DNA from: Piedraia hortae CBS 480.64
Lineage: Eukaryota
DNA: 48,498 bases
Assembly (NCBI GenBank): GCA_010093745.1
Contig: MU005960.1
Coordinates: 432,849-481,346 of the forward strand
Direction of reading: 5' to 3'
Part shown: one piece after another, positions 20,215 to 29,100 of the stretch
Numbering within the stretch: position 1 is the first letter of the stretch
How the letters are laid out: every line of letters starts with the position of its first letter
Made by a program: the position numbers and the translations under genes
The notes under the pieces: model-generated
Databases searched by the model: none
The model's input: only the letters and a program-made list of their open reading frames with translations
What the model was told of the DNA's origin: nothing

Positions 20215-22572
20215 TCAAATCACCCCCTCCACTCCACCCATCTGCCCCAAAACCCACCTCAAAACCTCCCCCTCCTCTTCCCTCTTCTTCGCCGCGTCAA
20301 CATACCGTTTCGTATACGCAGCCAACCCATCCCACAACTCCTTCCCCCCCTTTAGCCTAACCAGCCTCTCCGCCCCCACCTCCACAAGCACCGCATGCAG
20401 CACCCACTGCGCCACTCCACCCATCCACCCATTAGCATTCCAATCTCTCACCCTCCTCAACAAACCCACCAACAACCCATCATCCAAACCCCTAACAATC
20501 GCCCTTATCTCCCCCTCCCTCCCCCCCTCAACCAGTCTCCCAAAAATCTCCAGCAACCGCCTCGGATGATCAAGCCTTAAGGCAAGATCCGCCGCCTCCC
20601 GTAACAGCCCCTCCCTAAGCTGATTCTGCAGCTCCTGATCCTCCTCCACCCTCCGCGAGGTCGCCTCCAGAGCCTCAGTCGCAGTAGCAGACGAAGTGTC
20701 CCTCCACAACGTAAACGATGCGTCCGCGGAGCCGGAGGCGAGGATCGTAGGCTCGTCAGAGCCCTGGATGGCCAGGCCCCAGACGCGGTCAGTGTGATTA
20801 TCCAGCGTCGCGACACACTCTTGCGTCGCTGCGTTCCATATCTTCACAAGTCCGTCCGCCGCCGCGGTAGCGAGTAAAGTAGGCTGAGATGCTTCCCCCG
20901 GAGGAAGCCAAAGGGTTTTATATATCGCAGCCGCGTGCCCCTCCAGCGAAGCAACACACTCATACGTCCTCAGGTCCCACAGTTTGAGCGTAAAATCGCT
21001 ACTACTCGACGCGAGGAGGTTCGTCGCCACCGTACCACCAGGTATGGGGAGTGAAGTTCCCTTTGGCGAGAACGCAACGGACCATACACCACGCGTGTGC
21101 CCTCTTAGGAGGGCGAGGACCTCACCAGTTTCAAAATCAAAAAGTTTAATGGTTTTGTCTTTTGACGCGGAGGCGAAGCGGTGGGGCTGGATTGCGAGGG
21201 CGTTGATTTCGTCGTTGTGCGCTTTTCGGGTGTAGATTGCTTTTTGGGCAGTTAGGGACCATTTTTTTATGGTTCTGTCGCTTGATGCGGAGAGGAAGTG
21301 TTTCGGTTGGTCGGATGGGGGGATGGCTACGGCTGTGACGCTCTCGGTGTGGCCTGTGAAGGTTGCTTTGCAAGTGGAGGTTTCAACGTCCCAGAGTTTG
21401 ATGGCAGTGTCTTTTGATCCGGTAAGTAGCCATTTCCCGGATGCGTCAACTGCGAGGGAGAGGACGACGTCGATATGTCCCGCCAAAACCCCAAGGTCAT
21501 CACCCTTTTCGAGGCCCACAATTCGCACGGAACTCGAGCTCGTCGCGAGCGCGAGGCGGGAGGGGCCGACAAAAACTAAATCATAGATCGCATCAAACGA
21601 GCCCGAAACCCTCCTCACCACATCCAGCCCTAAGGTGGTTGTATCGTGAATTAAAAGAGTCTGATCGTCCCTCACGCTTACTAACCTCCCCTCCCCCTGC
21701 ACCAGCACATCGACAACTGGTTCCCCGGGGTCTTTTTCTCCCGCAACCTCCTCAGAGGTCTTAAAATCCCACAACCTTAACCTCCCCCCCTCCCCCGCAG
21801 TGTAAAACTTCCCATCACTCAAAAAATCTGCAGCCTCAATACTTTCCAGCACCGCAACCCTCTTCACCTCCTTGCCCTGAAGTGTCCAAAACGCAACCGT
21901 CCTATCCCTTGATGCAGTCAAAACCGTCCCGCCAAGGTACCCAATCGCCCTAACAACCGATGCGTGGGCCTCGAATTTCACAACCCTATTGGATGTCAGA
22001 TCGAAAATCCCGACGACACCCGAATCGGTGCCGGCAGCGAGGTTCTTGGAGTTGAGAAAGCGGAGAGTGGTGATTACGCCGCTGAGGTGGAAGGTGTGAG
22101 TTGCGAAGCCGGCAGAAAGGTTGAGGATGCGGATCTCGCCGGATGCGGAGCCTGTTGCGAGGTGGGTGCTGGATGGGTTGATTGTGAGGGAGACGGAGGG
22201 GGTGGAGTGCGGTTTGAGGGTGCGAGGGGGACCTGCAAGACTGTTGGGGAGACCTCCGGGGAGACCTCCAGGGGGAACCCCAGCCTCTACGACGCCGTCT
22301 GCAATGCTCTCTGCAATGCCCTCTGCGAGGGTGTAGATGTTTAGGCTCAGTGAGCGGGAGGCTGTGACAAGGTAGCGGGCATTGGGAGAGAGGGTTAGAC
22401 ATGTTAGAGGTTCGTCGTCGCCGGGTAAGGTTGTGATTTGCTTGTTGGTTGGGAGATGGGTTAACACCGCAGAGGAGTGGAGGGTTGAGGCGAGGAGGGG
22501 GTAAGAGAGAGAGATGGCGCCGCCGGTGTAGAAGGGTGTTAAGGTTTGGATGGGGGTAAATGTGGTTTTCAT
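20215..22572 (-). CDS. UTP13: U3 snoRNP / SSU processome WD40 protein Utp13 (TBL3), 785 aa, intronless
   Basis: N-terminus MKTTFTPIQTLTPFYTGG; many GH...WD repeats (GHIDVVLSL..TGSKDTAIKLWD, GHTRGVWSVAFS, NHTDRVWGL); C-terminal Utp13 domain (EEDQELQN, LALRLDHPRRLL, LLRRVRDWNAN, VAQWVL, LAAYTKR). Confidence 0.93.
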   Translation of the reverse strand: MKTTFTPIQTLTPFYTGGAISLSYPLLASTLHSSAVLTHLPTNKQITTLPGDDEPLTCLTLSPNARYLVTASRSLSLNIYTLAEGIAESIADGVVEAGVPPGGLPGGLPNSLAGPPRTLKPHSTPSVSLTINPSSTHLATGSASGEIRILNLSAGFATHTFHLSGVITTLRFLNSKNLAAGTDSGVVGIFDLTSNRVVKFEAHASVVRAIGYLGGTVLTASRDRTVAFWTLQGKEVKRVAVLESIEAADFLSDGKFYTAGEGGRLRLWDFKTSEEVAGEKDPGEPVVDVLVQGEGRLVSVRDDQTLLIHDTTTLGLDVVRRVSGSFDAIYDLVFVGPSRLALATSSSSVRIVGLEKGDDLGVLAGHIDVVLSLAVDASGKWLLTGSKDTAIKLWDVETSTCKATFTGHTESVTAVAIPPSDQPKHFLSASSDRTIKKWSLTAQKAIYTRKAHNDEINALAIQPHRFASASKDKTIKLFDFETGEVLALLRGHTRGVWSVAFSPKGTSLPIPGGTVATNLLASSSSDFTLKLWDLRTYECVASLEGHAAAIYKTLWLPPGEASQPTLLATAAADGLVKIWNAATQECVATLDNHTDRVWGLAIQGSDEPTILASGSADASFTLWRDTSSATATEALEATSRRVEEDQELQNQLREGLLREAADLALRLDHPRRLLEIFGRLVEGGREGEIRAIVRGLDDGLLVGLLRRVRDWNANGWMGGVAQWVLHAVLVEVGAERLVRLKGGKELWDGLAAYTKRYVDAAKKREEEGEVLRWVLGQMGGVEGVI

Positions 22573-22849
22573 GGTGATAAGATGGGGGGTATGGTCGACG
22601 GTATGCTGCGGAAATTTTTTTGACTTTTTTGTGGGAGTGTGGTGGTTACGTAAGGAATTCGCCGATGTGGGGTTGACATGTGACAGCGACCAACTCCCCC
22701 TCAGTTTGGGTACGGTAATATGGTGTTGAGTACTTCATGTGAAAAATGGTGGTGGAATGGGTCAGCTAGATGAAGTAGTTCTCGGTTATATCCATCAGGT
22801 AGATAGATATGATGTGACAACGCTCAGACCCACCACGACAGCCACCACA

Positions 22850-23803
22850 ATGACAACTCCAATCACTATCTTGACCGGCTTCGTCGGCAGCGGCAAGACG
22901 ACATTGATATTAAACCTCCTCCCGCAACTAACCCCCAAAGGATACAAACTAAGCCTCATCAAGAACGAAATCGGAGATGTAGCTGTTGACAGCGCCCTCG
23001 CCTTGGCGTCGTCGGTGGCAGCTACCAAAGAGCTCCTCGGCGACTGCATCTGCTGTACGAATGTTGGGCAGATTGAGTCTGCTTTGGAAGCGCTAGTGAA
23101 TGAAGAGAACAAGCCTGACAGAGTCGTCATCGAGACGAGCGGTTCCGCGGAGCCGTTGAAGCTGGTGCTGGAGATTAGGCGGATTATCGCTGATCACAAA
23201 GAAAACGGCGGGACGGACTATGAGTTGGACGGGGTGGTTAGTGTGATTGATGCGCAGAACTGGGGCGGATATGCGGATAAATCGTTTACTGCCCGACTAC
23301 AGGCAAAGCAGACGGATCTGATTGTGATTAACAAGTGGGAGGGACTGAATGAAAGACAGATGGATCTTTTTCTGGACAAGTTGGGGGATTTGGAGGTTGA
23401 TACGCCGAGGGTGAAGAGTGATAAAGGGAAGGTCAGTGCAGATATCCTGTTTGGGATTGATAGTAAGCTGGGGCTGGGCAGTGTAGAGAATGGGGAACAT
23501 GAGCATAACAAGGGAGAGGTGGAGTGTATTTCTGTGACGGGAGAGAAGATGGAGTGGGATAAGCTGGAGGAACTGCTCAAGACAGCAGGAAAAGACGAAG
23601 TGTATCGCATCAAAGGAATCATCAACGGCGACAACAGATGGATCCTTAACTGGGCGTTTGGACGCTGGACTTGGCAGGAGACTGAGAAGAACGACAAAGA
23701 GCCGGCTGTCCGGCTGTCCGTCTTCACCGCACCATATGAGAGCGCCAAATGGATGAAGCGCATTGCTGGTATCGGAGATTTACAGATTACAAGAGTACAA
23801 TAG
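22850..23803 (+). CDS. COG0523/CobW-family metal-binding GTPase, ~317 aa
   Basis: ATG 22850 MTTPITILTGFVGSGKTT (Walker A); KNEIGD; CICC metal-binding motif; VIETSGSAEP (Walker B); VINKWE; C-terminal VYRIKG of the CobW_C domain. Confidence 0.92.
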   Translation: MTTPITILTGFVGSGKTTLILNLLPQLTPKGYKLSLIKNEIGDVAVDSALALASSVAATKELLGDCICCTNVGQIESALEALVNEENKPDRVVIETSGSAEPLKLVLEIRRIIADHKENGGTDYELDGVVSVIDAQNWGGYADKSFTARLQAKQTDLIVINKWEGLNERQMDLFLDKLGDLEVDTPRVKSDKGKVSADILFGIDSKLGLGSVENGEHEHNKGEVECISVTGEKMEWDKLEELLKTAGKDEVYRIKGIINGDNRWILNWAFGRWTWQETEKNDKEPAVRLSVFTAPYESAKWMKRIAGIGDLQITRVQ

Positions 23804-23804
23804 A

Positions 23805-24508
23805 CTACGGCGCATACACCTGCTTGTCGTCTTCATAAGGCAGTTCCCGCACGCCGTCCTTGTCCACGACCTTGACGATGACGCCTTTGAAGTCGATGGG
23901 CAGTCGTCGCTTGAGCTCGTCCGTACACATGCGCAGTATTTCCAGCCCCCGTTCGAGGCTGATGTCGGGATGATGGTGCTTGTCCAGCGTAGAGAGACAG
24001 TAGTATTGTGCGTAGCCATGGGCGGCGTAAGGCACCGATGCGCACGACGCCAGGTAGTCAATCCAGTAGAGCTCCGGCTTTTCCTTGATAGCATCGTAGC
24101 CGCCGAGGAGCAGATTGACCGTGTACGGCCGCCGCGAACGCAGCGACTTTGCCAGTTCAGAGCGCACATAGGCCGCGACTTCTGAAGGCGACAGGTGCGA
24201 GTGGTTGCGCATTGAATACAGCTGGATGTTGGCCTGGGCGTATTCGGCGAATTTGACTACAGCCGTCAGCCTGCAATAGTCTACAATATTGGATTACCTA
24301 CCGGTATCGCCCGCCTCGCCGCTGTATGCCATCAGGGCGTGCTTGTTCAGCTCGCGCGTCTTGTCGTCGTTGACCTTAAGGATTGACGCCCCGCGCATCG
24401 CCGCCTTGGACGCTGCGACGAGGCAAAAGTCCTTGCCTGTGATTCCGAGTAGGACCTCCCTGTGGTTGTCAGCATCGTGGGCGTGGTTGGCCGTTGGCAG
24501 ACGTACAT
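23805..24508 (-). CDS. PRE1: 20S proteasome subunit beta-4. Exons 24508-24507 (AT), 24459-24302, 24256-23805; 203 aa
   Basis: Start codon split AT|G by intron 24506-24460 (GTACGT..GCTGAC..CAG); second intron 24301-24257 (GTAGGT..GCTGAC..TAG). Protein: MEVLLGITGKDF...[25 protein letters not shown]...RRPYTVNLLLGG...AHGYAQYY...KVVDKDG. Confidence 0.95.
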
Positions 24509-24568
24509 TGTTTGGCGGAGGTGCGGAGGTGCGGGCGGCAGACGTCACTTCATCACCAACACGCCCAA

Positions 24569-24973
24569 ATGGTGCGTAGACACAGAACACAGATGGCAAT
24601 CGCTGACAAGCTACAGGTCTTCATCAATGGAGTCAACTTCACCGATCCACAGCCAGTGGTGCGCGCGCTGACGTCGTTTTACGGCATCGGCTCCCACACT
24701 TGCACCCGCATCATGGCAAAGTTTTCTATCCACCAGACAGCCAAGATTGGCCAACTGAACCTGCGTCAGGTAGATGGACTTGCCAGTGAGCTGTCCAAGA
24801 TGACGCTGGAGAACGACCTCAGGCGGAAGCTGGTCGAGAACATCACCAGACTGCGAGACATGGGAAGCTACAGAGGCAGACGACACGCCATGGGCCTTCC
24901 GGTGCGGGGCCAGGGCACTAGGACCAATGCCAAGACGGCCAAGAAACTCAATCGGGTGGAACGGAGGCAGTAG
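24569..24973 (+). CDS. SWS2: Mitochondrial ribosomal protein uS13m. Exons 24569-24571 (ATG) and 24617-24973; 119 aa
   Basis: ATG followed by intron 24572-24616 (GTGCGT..GCTGAC..CAG). Protein MVFINGVNF...ALTSFYGIG...GSYRGRRHAMGLPVRGQGTRTNAKT carries the S13 signature. Confidence 0.93.
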   Translation: MVRRHRTQMAIADKLQVFINGVNFTDPQPVVRALTSFYGIGSHTCTRIMAKFSIHQTAKIGQLNLRQVDGLASELSKMTLENDLRRKLVENITRLRDMGSYRGRRHAMGLPVRGQGTRTNAKTAKKLNRVERRQ

Positions 24974-25012
24974 CCGTGCTGTAAAATAGCTGTATGATTC
25001 ACATCTGTCTAG

Positions 25013-26071
25013 TCACCGTCCCAGCCAGTCCTTCCAGTATACGCACCCGGTCGGGTTTATCGGCCCCGTATCCGAGCAAAAATCAAACACAGGACACCGA
25101 CCACACGGAGACTCTGTGAATCCGTTCCCACCCGCCACATCATCCTCCACCTCATCCTCCACCTCTCCCTCATCCACATTCTCCGTCCTAACTCCCCTAA
25201 CGGAACGATACCCACCCCCCACCTTCTCAATCTTCTCATCCAGCACCAGCACATCCACAATTTGCTGAATGTCCTTAACCTTAATTTCCCTCTGCTTCTC
25301 CTCGTGAATAATATTAAACCTGAGGATCGACTGATAAATATCCTCAGCAGACTGAAACCTCGTTCCCGCCTTATGCGCCACCTGCGCCCCCTCCCTCTCC
25401 ACCCTCCTCTTCTTCCTAACCGGCCCATCCTCAATATCGCCCACCTTCCCCTTCCCCTTCCCCTTCCCCGTCCCCAGATACCCCCACGTAACCCTCCTCA
25501 AATGGAAAACAATAAACTTCCCCAACTCCTCAATCAGATGCTCATCCAGTTCGCCATTATTATAAAACACTCCCCCGGTCATCTCCACATCCGCAGCCAG
25601 ATACCCGGCCATATACATCTTCTTCATCGGCGCCTTCACATTCGTCACAAGCCTAATCAGTCCTAAATTCTGTAACTTCGTAATCGCCCCATCGCACTGC
25701 TTCCCCACCAACTTCGTCTGAGCCTTAATCTCCTGCGCCCAAATCCCTTTCTTCTGCGCATCCTCCACAGCCTTAAAGACCTTTCTCTCCTTCTCCGTCA
25801 CCTGCCCCCCACTTAGCTTCGCAGCCATGCTCGCGGGTCGTAAACTCCAGCAGAGCGTTTTATCAATCCGCAGCTGCCGGATCATTTCGTATTCTACCAA
25901 TTCTTTTATCATCGACAGTAGTTGGGTTACGCTTGGGGCCGGGTCGCCAGCGACGGAGAGGATTTCGTGCTGCAAAAAGGGTTTGAGCCATTGCTCCTCG
26001 CCGTCGCCACACGAGAGGAGCATCGAGTTGTAGAGGTCGTCGGCGTCTTGTGAGAGAGGGATTGGAGCCAT
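25013..26071 (-). CDS. RPC34: RNA polymerase III subunit C34 (RPC6), 352 aa, intronless
   Basis: Winged-helix region (KKGIWAQEIK, VKAPMKKMYM, TGGVFYNNGELD) and C-terminal Fe-S motif PCGRCPVFDFC...INPTGCVYWKDWL. Confidence 0.92.
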   Translation of the reverse strand: MAPIPLSQDADDLYNSMLLSCGDGEEQWLKPFLQHEILSVAGDPAPSVTQLLSMIKELVEYEMIRQLRIDKTLCWSLRPASMAAKLSGGQVTEKERKVFKAVEDAQKKGIWAQEIKAQTKLVGKQCDGAITKLQNLGLIRLVTNVKAPMKKMYMAGYLAADVEMTGGVFYNNGELDEHLIEELGKFIVFHLRRVTWGYLGTGKGKGKGKVGDIEDGPVRKKRRVEREGAQVAHKAGTRFQSAEDIYQSILRFNIIHEEKQREIKVKDIQQIVDVLVLDEKIEKVGGGYRSVRGVRTENVDEGEVEDEVEDDVAGGNGFTESPCGRCPVFDFCSDTGPINPTGCVYWKDWLGR

Positions 26072-26199
26072 GCTGAGGGATAATATCTATTCGGGAACTT
26101 TTTGGTGGAGGTGTAGGGTGATGTCATGGTGGCGGGCCGGGCCGGTCCGTAACAACGGCGAATGTTAGCTTGACGTTTGTGTCTGGGTGGAACGGCAAG

Positions 26200-29100
26200 A
26201 TGGGCAGCAGAAAGCGGCACAGAGAGCCGAGTGGGGAGAAGAGGAGTGAAAAAAGGAGGAAGTCAAGTTTAGGGGAGAGGCCTTTCGCGGCTGCGGGATT
26301 TTTGGAAGACACATTGAGTTCGAGGAGGGCGTTTGGGCTGGGGAGGACGGAAGAGAGGAGAGTTTCGTTGGAGAAGGATAAGGGAAAGGGAAAGGGAGAG
26401 AATACGCTGATGGGTAAGAGTCTGCCTGAATTGAGGAAAAAGGTGGCTGCGGCAAAGGCACAGAATGTTGAGCCGCGTCTAGGGAAGGAGACTCCCGTCC
26501 TCCATCAAAAAGCTCATGTGGATAAGGCTCCCGTAAAGGAGAAATCACACTTGAAGAAAAATGCGATCAGCCAGAAAGTTGTCACTCGTCCGGTTGAGAA
26601 AACTACTTTAGCTCCAAGAGAAACTCCGCTTGATAAGGCTCCTTCAAAGGAAGTGGCTCCACACTCTGTTGAGTATCCGGGAAAGGTGCCTTCGAAGGAG
26701 AAGGTCGTCTTGGAGAAAACCACAACATCTCAGAAAGAGACCCCAGCCACAGTCGAAGACAAAAAAGCACAGCGAAAGAAGCGAAAAGAGGAAAAACGGA
26801 ACAAGAAAAAGGAGCGAAGAAGCAAGAGAGCTGCCAAGGACCTACTCAAACGCGCGGCTAGGACTAAATTACCCCTTCCAAGGGAGAGGTTCTGGGTGGA
26901 TGACCGGCCAGTTCGGAAGCAGAGCGTACCGGAACATCAGAATTTTCATCCGCAAGATCAGCCTCAAAATGTAAATTTTTCCTCTCAAGGCAGAAGAGCG
27001 TTTTTGCAATCCCAGCTTTGGGGTGAAGGCGCACTAGACTCTCCGCATGGGGATTCGTTAATTGGGGAAGAAACTCCGGTTTTGCCGAGCTTATGGGGTA
27101 ACTCTGCCTCTGAAGAGCCTCGAAAATCGCCTTTACCCAACTCAAATTCTCGTGAGAATGGGGAACAGCCCGATACTCCCCTGCCACGTTCCTCCCAGAG
27201 TGTGTTCGGTTGGGAATCAACCGGTGAGACACCACAGAGGGAATACTCTAAGAAGACAACTGAGCCGAAGCTCCACCAAACTATGCGAGATTGGGACTTT
27301 GACTCTAACCTTGACTTTACCCTAGACGCACAATCGAACAAGGCAGCTCCGCCCAACGTGAACGCCGCTCAGCCAACCTCCCCAAGTAAACTAAATCGGA
27401 CTCCAACCCGGCCCACACAGCAGAATGAGGAAGCTGACACTACTCTGACATCTTCCTCTCCATCCCTACGAAACCGCACCCCAACCCCCAATACACACAC
27501 AAAAGGCAGGCAACCTTCTCCATCCACCCATTTCATCTCCGCCTACTGGAACCCACCCCCTCTCACCAAGGGGCGAAGCACTTCCCCAATCCGGAACCCC
27601 TCATCAAGCAATCCATTCTCCCTCTCAAACAACGCCCCCCATCCAAGAAATGCAGTCCCTACCCCCAACTTCGCCGAAACAGCAAAACATACCGCTGCAC
27701 CCCCTCCCAGAAACGAAAAGTCACCCAAAGGCGAACTACCCCAAGCATCAGAGTCTCCTTCTCCGCCAAAGCTCCCAGGCGGTTTCAAACTACGATATAA
27801 ACCTAATCCAATTTCGTCAAAACCGAAGCAATGCGAGGATGTGCGGACTCGGTTTCAGAGGTTTAGTCAAATTGCGGGGAGTGATAGTCATAGTGAGAGC
27901 GAGAGCGATAGTTCACAAGAAAGGGGTTCTGGGGGAGGACTGCGCACTCAGCATGGTAGGGATTGTGACAGAGATGGCGCTGATGAGGAAACTGAAACTG
28001 AGAGGCTGACCTCCGTGCGAGAAAAGGGCACTCAGGCGGAGAGGTTGAATATTCGAGATGCTAGGGAAGCGACTGCTGCTGCCATGTTCGAGGACGATGC
28101 GGAGCTTGACTATAGAAAAGAAATTTTGGGGAACCTGACTGAGAAGGGTCCTGGTGGGAAGACTGCGGTTCAGATGTTGGGCGAAATTAAAGCGGAGAGG
28201 GCGAAGCACAAGGACCTTACTACCCCTGGGGTAGAGTCTTTCCAACGCGCTGATGGCGGGAAAAGTGCGCAGGAGTCAGTACCTGACAAGGAAAATGGTC
28301 TTGAAGGGAAGACTGCGTCTCTGCGGCTGAAGGAGAGAAGAGCTGCCAGGACTGTGAGGGCAGCTACCGAGCTGTGTGGGAATGGAGAAGACCCCGAGCC
28401 TCGTTCATCTGATGACAATACTGTGGGAGAAGTTAGACAGCTGGAAGAAAAGGCTGAGGATGAACCGCCGGAATTGACAGACGTTGTGGCATCGATGAAA
28501 CCCGTGGAGAATGCCCGCACAAGCCCCGAATCTCCTGCTTGTGTTGAGCTGTCCAAGGGAGAGAGTATGCCTACTGCTGCAATCTCTCGGCATGGCACTG
28601 CTGCCGCTCAACCAGATGAACAGACTGCCATCCGCACAGATATTCTCGGGAAAGAACTCGCCAAGAGGGGTGCTTTGCGGAGGATCTCTCAACCCCACGA
28701 CACTGAAGGATCTGCTACTGGTGCATCCGCAGAGAGAAGTGAGTATAAAATGGGGAGGCGAGTTGTGCGAAAGAGTGAGGCTGTACAGAACGAGAGTCCT
28801 TCAGATGCCAGTGGGATGACGGTCTCGAAAGTGAGAACGTTTGTAAAATCTGCCTTGCAGCCTCTGACTTCCACAGATGGAGACTCCTTGTCTGTGAAAG
28901 CAAAGCAGGAGAAACAGATTGATAGAATGAAGGGGATGGTTAACCCAGCTGATGAGCCTCCTGCAGATTCAGGCACTCAGCCCTCTGCAAAAGCAGTTGT
29001 TAATGCTGGAAGATTCCGTGCTGCTGCGGGTCGTAAGAAGCGACAGCCTGCGCGTGGTAGGATTTCCAGTAGTGAAGAGTCCGATGACGAACAAGTGCCT

